Below are positions 52,267 to 61,976 of a stretch of DNA of 64,000 nucleotides, piece by piece. The stretch spans positions 11,146 through 75,145 of the forward strand of contig DAHWNL010000051.1 of NCBI GenBank assembly GCA_027339965.1, read 5' to 3'. The position numbers and the translations under genes are program-made. The notes beneath the pieces are model-generated. The model was not told where the DNA came from, did not search any database, and saw nothing but the letters and a program-made list of their open reading frames with translations. Source of the DNA: Granulicella sp. (lineage in GTDB: Bacteria > Acidobacteriota > Terriglobia > Terriglobales > Acidobacteriaceae). Within the stretch, counting starts at the first letter, position 1, and each line of letters opens with the position of its first letter.

Positions 52267-52735
52267 GCGGCTACACCTACGTCACCTCTCCCCGGCCTTC
52301 GCTCTGCCGGACTCTGTCCTGGGATCTTCCGTCAGCCCACCTGGCAGTGGACGCGGAGCGCCACCGCGGTGAACATGCGTTTTGCTTGCATGCCCTGCCC
52401 CCCAGCCTAACGCTGTATGGCGTATGGCTTTCTCGGCCAGCGGGCGAGGCGGCATCGCGATGACCCAGCCGGCACTGTTGCGCCGCTCTGCGCAGCCGGA
52501 CAGTGGTAGCATCTTCCCATGACCGATTCGGACCAACGGGCGTCACCGCTTCCACGGGGAGACGGCTCTGGGCGATCCGTACTGAGATCCTCCGCGCCCA
52601 AGCCTGAGTCAGGTCATCGGGTCGAGTTGGGCAATCCGCGCTTGATCGCGCAGCGCAAGGACGAAAAGGAACTCATCGCCGCACCGATCCTTATTCAGAT
52701 GCTGGAAGACCATAGTCTCTGCACTCGTCAGGCAC

Positions 52736-53863
52736 ATGCGTAGACGAACGTTGATTCCGCTGTTGATCGCTGTGCTTTTGCTCAGCGTTCTGGGAGTCAT
52801 GCTTTATCTGCGCGCCAAGGCCCCGCCGGAGGCGGCGCGTCTGCTGCCGGAGTCAGATGCTATTGTCTATATCGATCTCAAGACCATCCGAACGCTCACC
52901 CACTTTGACCAGACACCCATGGAGGAGCGGAGTCCGGATTTTCAGGACTTTATCGATGCTACCGGAATCGTGCCGGAGCGAGATCTGGACACGGTGGCTC
53001 TGGCGCTTCATCGCATGCCGGACCCCACCGGGCCCAATGGTCCGGTGGCCTACTCGGAGGTCTTTCAGGGCAGCTTTGATGGCGTGCGCCTGATGAAGTA
53101 TCTGGCCTCGCTGGCCGGCTCCACGGAGGATTACGCTGACCGCACGATCTACACCATCCCGGTCGACGGTCGTCATCTGCGCATCGCGCAGGTGACCTAC
53201 GACACGATCGTCGCCTCCAACATGCCGACGCCGGAGCAGATTCACTCCATGATCGATCGCTCGCGCGCCGGAGCCCTGAGCACTCCCGGCTCCAGCCTGC
53301 TGGCGGCTCGTTACCGCGACGTTCCCTTGCTCTCCGCGGCCTGGGGCATCGGCCGAATCGGGCTTCCGTTTGCTGATAACCGGAACAAGGATGGGCAACC
53401 GGGGTTTATCTCGATTCTTGGCCTTGATCTTCCTCTCCGCGCAGACACCGATCTGGTGGCTAGCTTGCGTTACACCGCCACGGCCCGCGTGCTGCAGGGG
53501 GGAGCGGTTCACCTGCGCGTGGAGGAGTTCGCCGCGGATCCCGCGGAGGCCGGCAAAACCGTGCAAGCGATCGCAACCCTGCTGGGCATTCTGCGCAGCA
53601 TCAGCAATGAAGCGGCGTCTTCCCAGCCACCGAGCAGATCGGAGGCGGCCATGCAAGCCATTCTGAACTCGATCAGGCTCTCCCACAAAGGCGACCATGC
53701 GATTTTGAAAGCTACCGCCAGCATCGGGCAGATCAGGGCTCTGGCTGCGGCTCACAACCCGGCACTCTCCACGCTTGAACCTCAAGGTTCATCGGGCCCT
53801 GCGGTAGATGGCTCCGGGACGTTGCATCCAGCCGTGCCTCGAAACGGGGAAGATCACCGCTGA
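52736..53863 (+). CDS. Hypothetical membrane-anchored protein
   Basis: 375-aa ORF with N-terminal TM helix and coding-like composition. Confidence 0.7.
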   Translation: MRRRTLIPLLIAVLLLSVLGVMLYLRAKAPPEAARLLPESDAIVYIDLKTIRTLTHFDQTPMEERSPDFQDFIDATGIVPERDLDTVALALHRMPDPTGPNGPVAYSEVFQGSFDGVRLMKYLASLAGSTEDYADRTIYTIPVDGRHLRIAQVTYDTIVASNMPTPEQIHSMIDRSRAGALSTPGSSLLAARYRDVPLLSAAWGIGRIGLPFADNRNKDGQPGFISILGLDLPLRADTDLVASLRYTATARVLQGGAVHLRVEEFAADPAEAGKTVQAIATLLGILRSISNEAASSQPPSRSEAAMQAILNSIRLSHKGDHAILKATASIGQIRALAAAHNPALSTLEPQGSSGPAVDGSGTLHPAVPRNGEDHR

Positions 53864-54124
53864 ACCCGAGCAACCACATGGACAGTGTGCTGCCGGGTCA
53901 GGTCTCCGCTCTCCGAGCGGGCAGCGAACAACCGTCTTCGACAGAAGGTCTTTTCTGCTGCGTGACGGCAGGGGGGCACGGGTTAGCATCAGAGGACGGC
54001 AAAGGGTAAGATCGCCAAGCAGATCTTTCCTCTTCGTCCGCAGCGCCAAACTCTCCGTCCGCAGCGCCAATCCAGGCGCCTCAGCTTGCCCCGACTCTTT
54101 GCCCCGACTTTGGAGGTCACGCCC

Positions 54125-55318
54125 ATGATCGATCTGAGCCCCGCCGATCCCCGCCACTCCAGCTCACCTTCGACGGCGCACTCCCAGCCCGGCGCAGAGG
54201 CTCCGCTGGACGGCGTGGCGCTGGACTTGAAAGCCGACGGTGGGAAAGCGGGCATCCCCACCTCTTGCGGAGGGGCGGAGGCCGAAGGCGAGGCTGCGGA
54301 AGAACGGACTGCAGAGTTTTATCGCCGCCAGTTCTTCTTTGGTCCCTTTGGGCTGCGCGCCATCTGGAGCCTGCTGATCTACCTGGCCATGGCCGGGGCC
54401 CTGGTGGGCAGCCTCTCTTATCTTGGCCATCAGATTCAACAGGCCGGCGAGCGCGCCGAACAGGCAGCCGCAAAATCCGGCAAGCCGGAGCATATGGTCC
54501 ACAGCTTTGGTTTTGCGCCCAAACCCGGCCAGCCGGTGCCGCTGCCCGCCATGATCGTCAGTGAGGCTCTCCTCTTTTCCAGCTTCTTCTTCTTCAGTTG
54601 GATCATGGCGACCCTTGAGGGCCGCAGGATCTCCGCCTTTGGCCTGGGCGGGGAGCGCCCGATCGCCCGGCTGTTGGCTGGCGTCTTCTGGGGTCTACTG
54701 GCTATCTCGTTATTGGTTTTCACGCTGCACAGCCTGCACCTGCTGGTCTTTGACGCCCGTCTGGACCACAGCGGCTCCATCCTCTTCTGGGGACTGACGC
54801 AGCTCTTCGCCTTCTTTCTGGTGGGCCTCTCGGAGGAGTACATCTTCCGCGGCTACATCCAGTTCACCCTGACTCGCGGCATGGTGGCGGTGGGCAATCT
54901 CTTTTCACCGCGCCATGCCAGAACGATCGCTTTCTGGGCCGCCTCGGTCATCACCTCGGCAATCTTCCTCATTGCCCACAAACCCAACGTAGGAGAGGAT
55001 TGGATTGGCCTCTCTCAGGTCTTTCTCATCGGATTGGTTTTTCTCCTGGCGCTGTGGCGCACCGGCTCTCTATGGTGGGGAGTGGGATTTCACATGGCCT
55101 GGGACTGGGGCCAGTCCTTTCTCTATGGCGTTCCCGACTCCGGCGGCCTGATGCAGGGCCGCCTTTTCGCCACCCACGCCCTGGGGAGGCCGCTCCTTTC
55201 GGGCGGCTCCGTCGGGCCGGAGGGCAGCGTGCTGTGTGTTCCAATTATTCTGCTAGTGCTCCCGGTTCTTTACTTCACCCGTCCCTCCCCTCTTCCTGCG
55301 ATGGAAACGGAGGAGTGA
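54125..55318 (+). CDS. CPBP/CAAX-family intramembrane metalloprotease
   Basis: EEYIFRG, F...H, HMAWD, GPEGS motifs; GGAGG upstream. Confidence 0.87.
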   Translation: MIDLSPADPRHSSSPSTAHSQPGAEAPLDGVALDLKADGGKAGIPTSCGGAEAEGEAAEERTAEFYRRQFFFGPFGLRAIWSLLIYLAMAGALVGSLSYLGHQIQQAGERAEQAAAKSGKPEHMVHSFGFAPKPGQPVPLPAMIVSEALLFSSFFFFSWIMATLEGRRISAFGLGGERPIARLLAGVFWGLLAISLLVFTLHSLHLLVFDARLDHSGSILFWGLTQLFAFFLVGLSEEYIFRGYIQFTLTRGMVAVGNLFSPRHARTIAFWAASVITSAIFLIAHKPNVGEDWIGLSQVFLIGLVFLLALWRTGSLWWGVGFHMAWDWGQSFLYGVPDSGGLMQGRLFATHALGRPLLSGGSVGPEGSVLCVPIILLVLPVLYFTRPSPLPAMETEE

Positions 55319-55523
55319 AGGAACCGGCGGGTGGCAAGGCTTGGAGGATCACCATGCTCCCAGCGTGGCGATCGGGAAGAAGCGGGGGCTGGATTGCATC
55401 CGGCAAGAACAGGCGGGGCCGGCTTTGCCACATTCCGTGCGAAACAAGGCGCGCCGTGTTGCTCTGCTCGCCTGCTCCTGGCTGGAGTCCATAGCTCGCG
55501 TAGCCTTTAGAATCTCTGTAGCC

Positions 55524-58364
55524 ATGAGCAGACCTTCCTCCGACCGAAGTTCCGCCGATCCTTTCAATCTGCTCCATCGGGGCGCTCCCTTGGATCCCGA
55601 GGAGTACGCCAGCCCGGAAGCCGAGCGTCGCAGGGCCGGGTTTCGTCGCTGGCTGGGACGCATCCTGATTACCGGCGGAATCCTTCTGCTCCTTGTGGCA
55701 GCCGCTCTGCTTCTCGCTGGTCTCCGCTTCCGCCATGACATGCGCGCGAACCTGCTCACCAGCGAAGGCCTGCTGGACGGCCAGATCTCTGTGGCCGGCC
55801 TGGCGGCTCCCGTCACGGTAACCCGTAACGCCCAGAACGTTCCCTCCATCGAAGCCTCCAGCCTGGACGATCTGCTCTTTGCCCAGGGCTACATCACCGC
55901 TTCCGACCGGCTCTTCCAGATGGACATGCTGCGTCGGCTAGGCGCCGGAACCATGGCAGAGATCCTGGGTCCGTCCCTGGCGCAGCATGATCGCGAGCAG
56001 CGCGTGCTGCAACTGCGCGCCGCGGCCGACCGGACGGCGGAGGCTCTCTCTGCGGATGACCTGCGCCACTTCCAGGCCTACGCCCGTGGAGTGAACGCCT
56101 ACATGACAGCTCACAACGGAACTGGAAACGCCGATACCCTGCCAGTGGAGTTCCACATCCTGCACTACCAGCCAGCCCGATGGGAGCCACGCGACTCGAT
56201 TCTGGTGATGCTGGTGATGGCGGAGGAACTCTCGACCGACTTCCCCACCAAACTGAAGCGTGAGGCGCTCTCTGCCAACCTCCCAGCGGACCTGGTGGCG
56301 GACCTATACCCGGTAGGAAGCTGGCGCGACAAACCACCCCTGCAGGATCCTCCCGATCTATCCCATCCGACAGCGCCGATCGTACAGATTCCATTGGACC
56401 GAAGCCAGTCTCTGGCGCTGCCGGCTGCGCTGCCGATCGTGTCCTCCACGCTGCTGAACCGGCTAACCGACGAGTTGCGCGGAGCCGACTGTGCAGGATG
56501 CCGGGACGGCTCCAATAACTGGGTTGTCGCCGGAACCTATACGGCCAGCGGGGCTCCCCTGCTCTCCAACGACATGCATCTGGGCCTGAACGCCCCCGAT
56601 ATCTGGTACGAGGCAGCCCTGCATCTGAAGCCTGCGAGCGCAAGCCCGGGGTTTGATGTGGAAGGCTTTACCTTGCCCGGGGTTCCATTCGTCATCGCCG
56701 GCCGCAACCGCTACGTCGCCTGGGGGTTTACGAACTCCGGCGCGGACGTTCAGGACCTGCTGGTGGAGCATCTGCGTAAAACTGGAAGCACGATGGAGTA
56801 CGAGCGCCCCGACCATAGCTGGACTCCGGTCATTCATCATCCGGAGTTGATCCGCGTCCGCGGGGGACGCGACCTGCATCTGGACGTCCTCACCACCGAG
56901 ACAAATATCGGCGCCAAGACGATCCAGACGCCGATCATCAATCCGATCCTCGCGCCGCTGAACTCCGGCGACCACCGTCCCTTAGCCTTGGCCTGGACTG
57001 TCTACGATCCTTCCACGCTGGCCACGACCATGCTGCCGATGGACTCCGCCACCGACGCTGCCTCTCTGGTGACTGCCTTCGCCCACTTCACCACGGTCAG
57101 CCAGAATCTGGTCTATGCCGACGCTCACCACATCGGCTACCATCTGCTGGGCTGCGTCCCAATCCGTGGCCCTGCCGTTCCGCATCCCCTGAACCCGGCC
57201 GAACCGGCTTCGGCTGAGAACGGCGGCGCATCCGGCGCAGCCACAGCGATTGCTTCTGTTGCGCAACCGGATCTGTTCGGAACGCCGGCCCCCGGTCTTC
57301 GCATCGGCAGTCCGCTCTCCCCCGGCCCCGTGGATGCGCTGGACGCCTCCCAATCCTGGTCCGGCTACATTCCCTACGACCAGCTTCCGTCCGTCCTCGA
57401 TCCTTCCTCCGGCATCATCGCTACCGCCAACTCCCGAATTACGCCGCCCAACTATCCCTATGCCATCACCCTGGAGTGGACCGATCCTTACCGAGTAGAG
57501 CGCATCGACCACCTGTTGCAAGCCCAGATCCAGAGCGGCCGGAAGCTGGACGCCGCAGAGATGCTGCGCATCCAGATGGACATTCACTCCGAGTTTGATC
57601 TTGTGGTGGCGCAGCGAGTCGCCTACGCTCTGGATCACTCCTCGCTCACCCACCAGGACGCGCGCCTGCTGCAAGCCGCCGACATCCTGCGCGGCTGGAA
57701 CGGAGACGACAAACGTTCCTCCCAAGCCGCCGTCATCACGGCGGTGATCGAGCAGGCGCTGTGGCCGATGCTTCTGGCTCCGCAGATTATCGCCTACGAC
57801 CAGGCGCACTATCACGTCAAACTGGACAGTCTGGCGGTAAACCGCACCATAGCCCTTTATAGCTGGGAGGAGAGCCGCACCGCGCTGGAGTTGATCCTGC
57901 AGAACACTCCTGCCCGCTGGCTACCACCCGCCTTCAGCAACTGGAATGACTTCCTCACGGTGGCCACCGAACGCAGTCTCAACTTCATCCACGCTCCGCA
58001 AGACCTTTCCCGGCTCAACTACGGAGCCTCTCATCCGGTGGAGATCGCTCATCCCGTCTTTGGCAGCCGCTCCTTCATCAGCCGGCTGCTGGGTGTGGCC
58101 ACCGGAACCGGTCTGCATCCCAACAGCGGCGACCGCACCACCGTGAAGCAGACCGAAATCCACTTTGGCCCCAGCGAGCGCTTTACTGCCGACCTCTCGA
58201 ATCCGGACAGTACCCATGCCAACATCACCACTGGAGAGTCCGGCAATCCAGCCAGCCCGTGGTTTCTGGATCAGTTCCAGCCCTGGCTGCAGGGTTCGAC
58301 TTTCACCCTGCCGCTGGACCATCCGACAGTTGCCCACACGCTCACCCTGACGCCCTCGCCCTGA
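55524..58364 (+). CDS. Penicillin acylase family (S45 Ntn hydrolase)
   Basis: FAQGY..ASDRLFQMD, GSNNWVV nucleophile, NDMHL, TANSR, GESGNP. Confidence 0.9.
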   Translation: MSRPSSDRSSADPFNLLHRGAPLDPEEYASPEAERRRAGFRRWLGRILITGGILLLLVAAALLLAGLRFRHDMRANLLTSEGLLDGQISVAGLAAPVTVTRNAQNVPSIEASSLDDLLFAQGYITASDRLFQMDMLRRLGAGTMAEILGPSLAQHDREQRVLQLRAAADRTAEALSADDLRHFQAYARGVNAYMTAHNGTGNADTLPVEFHILHYQPARWEPRDSILVMLVMAEELSTDFPTKLKREALSANLPADLVADLYPVGSWRDKPPLQDPPDLSHPTAPIVQIPLDRSQSLALPAALPIVSSTLLNRLTDELRGADCAGCRDGSNNWVVAGTYTASGAPLLSNDMHLGLNAPDIWYEAALHLKPASASPGFDVEGFTLPGVPFVIAGRNRYVAWGFTNSGADVQDLLVEHLRKTGSTMEYERPDHSWTPVIHHPELIRVRGGRDLHLDVLTTETNIGAKTIQTPIINPILAPLNSGDHRPLALAWTVYDPSTLATTMLPMDSATDAASLVTAFAHFTTVSQNLVYADAHHIGYHLLGCVPIRGPAVPHPLNPAEPASAENGGASGAATAIASVAQPDLFGTPAPGLRIGSPLSPGPVDALDASQSWSGYIPYDQLPSVLDPSSGIIATANSRITPPNYPYAITLEWTDPYRVERIDHLLQAQIQSGRKLDAAEMLRIQMDIHSEFDLVVAQRVAYALDHSSLTHQDARLLQAADILRGWNGDDKRSSQAAVITAVIEQALWPMLLAPQIIAYDQAHYHVKLDSLAVNRTIALYSWEESRTALELILQNTPARWLPPAFSNWNDFLTVATERSLNFIHAPQDLSRLNYGASHPVEIAHPVFGSRSFISRLLGVATGTGLHPNSGDRTTVKQTEIHFGPSERFTADLSNPDSTHANITTGESGNPASPWFLDQFQPWLQGSTFTLPLDHPTVAHTLTLTPSP

Positions 58365-58532
58365 CAGGTGGCGAAGAGAGCTGACCGGCATCGATGCCCT
58401 CTCGGATCTTCGGAATCGCCCTTGGCGAGGCTCCTGCGCCGGTTGGTGGAGGCCCTGAGTCCGAGCGGTTCAAGCTGGACGGCAGAGCCACCCATCCTCC
58501 CTTGGCCAGGTAAAGTAGAATCTTCACTGAGA

Positions 58533-59474
58533 ATGACCTCTGACGCTCAAGCTCTGCTCAGCTCCGGCGCAGTCCTCACCGACGCCGCCCTGGAGCGACT
58601 GCTACCCTCCGTCACGACGGAGCCGACATCGATTCATCGCGCCATGCGCCACAGTGTCTTTGCAGGCGGCAAGCGTCTGCGCCCCATCCTCTGCATGGAG
58701 GCCGCGCGCATGGTGGCAGGCTCCGGCCAGATTCCAGCGGGCAGCGCCGAGCTCGGCGCAGCCATTGAGATGGCGCACACCTACTCGTTGATTCACGACG
58801 ATCTGCCGGCCCTGGATAACGATAACCTGCGCCGCGGTAAACCCACCTGCCACGTGGTCTTTGGCGAAGCCATTGCCATCCTGGCCGGGGACGCCCTGCA
58901 AAACCTCGCCTTCCAGGTGATCGCCGATCTTCCCGCTCCACCGGCCACGGCGGTCGCCATTTTGCACGACTTTGCGCTGTCTATTGGCACCGGGGTAGGA
59001 TTCCCGAGCGCGATTCCCCCGGGCATGATCGGCGGCCAGGTGGTCGATATCGAATCCGAGGGCCTAGCCCCGACTGCGGAGCTGGTGGAACGCATCCACC
59101 GCGCCAAGACCGGCGCGCTGCTGACCAGCAGCATCGTCTGCGGCGGACTGCTCGGCCTGGCGCATGCGACTCAGGCTCATCGGGAGATGGATACCGTTGA
59201 TCGCCTGCGCAGCTTTGGCAAGAACTTCGGCCTGGCCTTCCAGATCATCGATGACATTCTGGACATGACCCAGACTTCGACAGAGTTAGGCAAGACCGCC
59301 GGCAAGGATCTTACCGCCGTGAAGGCGACATGGCCGGCCGTCTATGGCATTGAGCGCTCCAGAGCCGACGCGGACGCTCTGATCGCCGATGCCTTTGCCG
59401 CCCTGGAACCCTTCGCAGAGGCCGCGGATCCGCTCAAGGCGCTGGCGCGCTTCTGCGTGGAGCGGAGACACTAG
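58533..59474 (+). CDS. ispA: Polyprenyl (farnesyl/geranylgeranyl) diphosphate synthase
   Basis: GGKRLRP, HDDLPALDND..RRG, FQIIDDILD, GKTAGKD. Confidence 0.9.
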   Translation: MTSDAQALLSSGAVLTDAALERLLPSVTTEPTSIHRAMRHSVFAGGKRLRPILCMEAARMVAGSGQIPAGSAELGAAIEMAHTYSLIHDDLPALDNDNLRRGKPTCHVVFGEAIAILAGDALQNLAFQVIADLPAPPATAVAILHDFALSIGTGVGFPSAIPPGMIGGQVVDIESEGLAPTAELVERIHRAKTGALLTSSIVCGGLLGLAHATQAHREMDTVDRLRSFGKNFGLAFQIIDDILDMTQTSTELGKTAGKDLTAVKATWPAVYGIERSRADADALIADAFAALEPFAEAADPLKALARFCVERRH

Positions 59475-59600
59475 GGTACGTTCTGGGGAAAGATCGAGCG
59501 CCTCGGTTGAGCGCTTCCGGAGTTTCAGGCATAGGCTCGGACTCATAGGCACGGGCTCTGCCGATTGTCTCTTTTGCTCTTTGCTCAAGGCGCCACTCTT

Positions 59601-60020
59601 ATGTCTCTACGCCCTCGCCATTACGTTCTGCTCGCGGTGATCCTCTGCCTCTTCGTCTACAACATCCTTCGTCATCGCCGCTATGAACGGCAGATGCGCT
59701 CGCTCTCGGCGCCGCCCGCGGCGGCGATCGTCCACCGGCAGCGGCTGAACACCCCGGCCTGGGCCGCCTTTGACCAACTGGCCAGTCTGCGCGATGCCTC
59801 CGCCGCAGAGTACGGCCCCGCGCTCAAGAATTTGCGGACCCTGATGCCTTTGGATCCCAATCCGGGAGACGGACATATCCAAGACATCCGGGGATGCCTC
59901 ACCTGGCTGGAGTACTACCGCCATGGACACGCTCTGGACAACCCTGATGGGCAGATGAAGGCTCTTGCACTTCACCACATCGAAGACTGCGTCAAGTACC
60001 ACCAGGCGACCCAGGAGTAG
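59601..60020 (+). CDS. Hypothetical protein with N-terminal TM helix
   Basis: 139-aa ORF with TM anchor and coding-like codon use. Confidence 0.6.
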   Translation: MSLRPRHYVLLAVILCLFVYNILRHRRYERQMRSLSAPPAAAIVHRQRLNTPAWAAFDQLASLRDASAAEYGPALKNLRTLMPLDPNPGDGHIQDIRGCLTWLEYYRHGHALDNPDGQMKALALHHIEDCVKYHQATQE

Positions 60021-60276
60021 GCCGGATCGGGGGGCGAAACGCAATGCCTGCACGGCCGAGCCAAGGCTTTCGTCATGCAGCACCATGCTCCTTTCCGGCT
60101 CTCTCCGGAAATCTCTCCAAAGCGGAGGCCGGCCAGTGGGTCAATACTCCCATTCAACGCCGGCGAGCTGAAGATCCCTCCCGCCGGCGAAGTCGAGCGG
60201 TTGAAGAGCGGCGAGTTCAGCATCCCAACTCCGGCTGCCGTAGAGTGAAAGAAGGCTGGAAAGCCTTCGCCATCCC

Positions 60277-60594
60277 ATGACTGACGCTGATCTGCTCCAT
60301 CTGCTTCGAGACTGCTACACTCCCGCCGGCCCGAATATCGTAGCCGCCGGACTGGTTCGTTCCGCCACACTCACCCCTGACCCGGAAGCTCCGGGTAGAA
60401 CCATCGCCGACCTGCCTCCGCGTTACATCGCACATATCTCCGTGCATGCGATTCACCTCGCCGGCGCCTCCGACAACACTCTTGAGGGCGCTAACACGCA
60501 GCTCAGCGCGCAGATTGAAAATCGCCTGCTGGGCCTTCCCGCAATCTCCCGCGTGGAGGTCACGCTGCTTCCCGCGCTCTTCCCCATCCTGTAG
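60277..60594 (+). CDS. Divergent DUF59/MIP18-like protein
   Basis: LRDCY.P..NIVAAGLV and IENRL...VEV.L pattern. Confidence 0.55.
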   Translation: MTDADLLHLLRDCYTPAGPNIVAAGLVRSATLTPDPEAPGRTIADLPPRYIAHISVHAIHLAGASDNTLEGANTQLSAQIENRLLGLPAISRVEVTLLPALFPIL

Positions 60595-60639
60595 GTCTTT
60601 CTCCACGTTCTTCATTTATTGGATCGTTCGCCCGAAAAG

Positions 60640-61365
60640 ATGCCTCGCCGCAAGCACTTGCCCGCTATTCATCCCTTCGACGGAGCCCACGGCACGGATA
60701 CCTCCGGGCTGATCCCAGGCTCGGCGCTCGCCGCCGGCACGGACGCCCGGCTCGGCGATCTGACCGCCTACTACGGCATTGCCCCATCGATTTTGCAGAA
60801 CGTCCTGGACCTCTGGCTGCAGCGCACGAACCCTCACCCGATTGAGCGGACGGTCTTTCTGGATGTGGGAGCAGGGAAAGGGCGCGCTGTGCTGCTGGCC
60901 TCCGAGTACCCCTTCCTGCGAGTGGAGGGCATCGAACTGCATGCGGGGCTGGCGGCGATCGCGGAGGCCAACGTCGCGCTGTGGCAGAAGGATCCAGGGG
61001 CCAGTCCGCTTTCGCCGATCGCCGTCCACCACGCAGACGCCACTTGCCATCTGCTGCCTGCGGAGGCGATCCTCACCTTTCTCTTCCATCCCTTCGAACT
61101 TCCGGTGCTGCGCCGCTTCCTGCGCCACGTAGAGGCATCTCTGACCCTTCACCCGCGGCCGTTTGACCTGATTTACGTCAACGCCGAGCACGACTCCTAT
61201 CTGGACCGGCATCCGGCGTGGCATCGTCTCTGGACCGGTCTAGTCCCGATGAGCCCCGAGGATCACACCGCCGACCTGGAGGCCATCGCCGAGCAAAAGG
61301 AGTACGGCTCGACGGGCAACGAACTCTGCTCCATCTACCGCTTCGAGAGACGGGGCAGCCGCTGA
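60640..61365 (+). CDS. Class I SAM-dependent methyltransferase
   Basis: FLDVGAGKGRA, GIEL, ADAT, FLFHPF. Confidence 0.82.
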   Translation: MPRRKHLPAIHPFDGAHGTDTSGLIPGSALAAGTDARLGDLTAYYGIAPSILQNVLDLWLQRTNPHPIERTVFLDVGAGKGRAVLLASEYPFLRVEGIELHAGLAAIAEANVALWQKDPGASPLSPIAVHHADATCHLLPAEAILTFLFHPFELPVLRRFLRHVEASLTLHPRPFDLIYVNAEHDSYLDRHPAWHRLWTGLVPMSPEDHTADLEAIAEQKEYGSTGNELCSIYRFERRGSR

Positions 61366-61716
61366 TGACGCGTGCTCGCGCTTGGAACTTCAATGCGGCC
61401 GCAAAGAACCGAATGGTTCGGGGATGCCGCCCGCAGCCGGCGGCGATTCGCCGGGTGACGTTCTCCGGAGCCTCGCCAGGCACCGGCCAGAGTAACCTTC
61501 GATCTCAGGTTTTCAGATTGGAGGTGTCGGCGGATGGCACGAAAGACGCCGGCCAGATCCAGTACGTGATAGGCCAGCAACAACATCCTGAGGATCAGGG
61601 AGCCGCGCTGAGCGCACCGACACCCCCCAAACCGACATCAGCCGCATCCGGGGCGCAGACAGGCGGCCGGACGGGATAACGCATTTTCGGCGTCAATTGT
61701 CCATGTAGAGAAGCTG

Positions 61717-61798
61717 TCGAATTCTATGGGCGTTTTCCCCAATTAAAACGCCACTGTAAGCCCTCTTCGGGACACCCATCAACACTGAAAATGCTATA
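61717..61798 (-). mobile_element. MITE-like palindromic repeat, copy 4 (truncated)
   Basis: Near-identical to copy 2 over ~80 bp ending CACTGAAAATGCTATA; the other TIR is missing or degenerate. Confidence 0.75.
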
Positions 61799-61976
61799 AA
61801 CTTCACCTTCCGCCCCAGCCGGCAAGGCTGCTCTGGGGCGGAAGGGCGATGGGGAGGACGTCCATCGAGTTGGGTAGCGCCGTGGCGCATCCGGAGGAGG
61901 AGATGCTGGTGACAGTCACCGGACGCTTGCCAAAGGGAGGGTATCGCCGCCGGCCTCGATGGCCGCCTGTCCGTGG

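Noticed and set aside
54036..54112. Short direct repeats (CGTCCGCAGCGCCAA x2, TGCCCCGACT x2)
   Set aside because: Only two copies each; compatible with local slippage, with no supporting structure
36401..61798. The 115-bp repeats as integron attC sites
   Set aside because: No consistent RYYYAAC/GTTRRRY boxes, mixed orientation, multi-gene spacing and no intI; TA-bounded TIRs fit a MITE better
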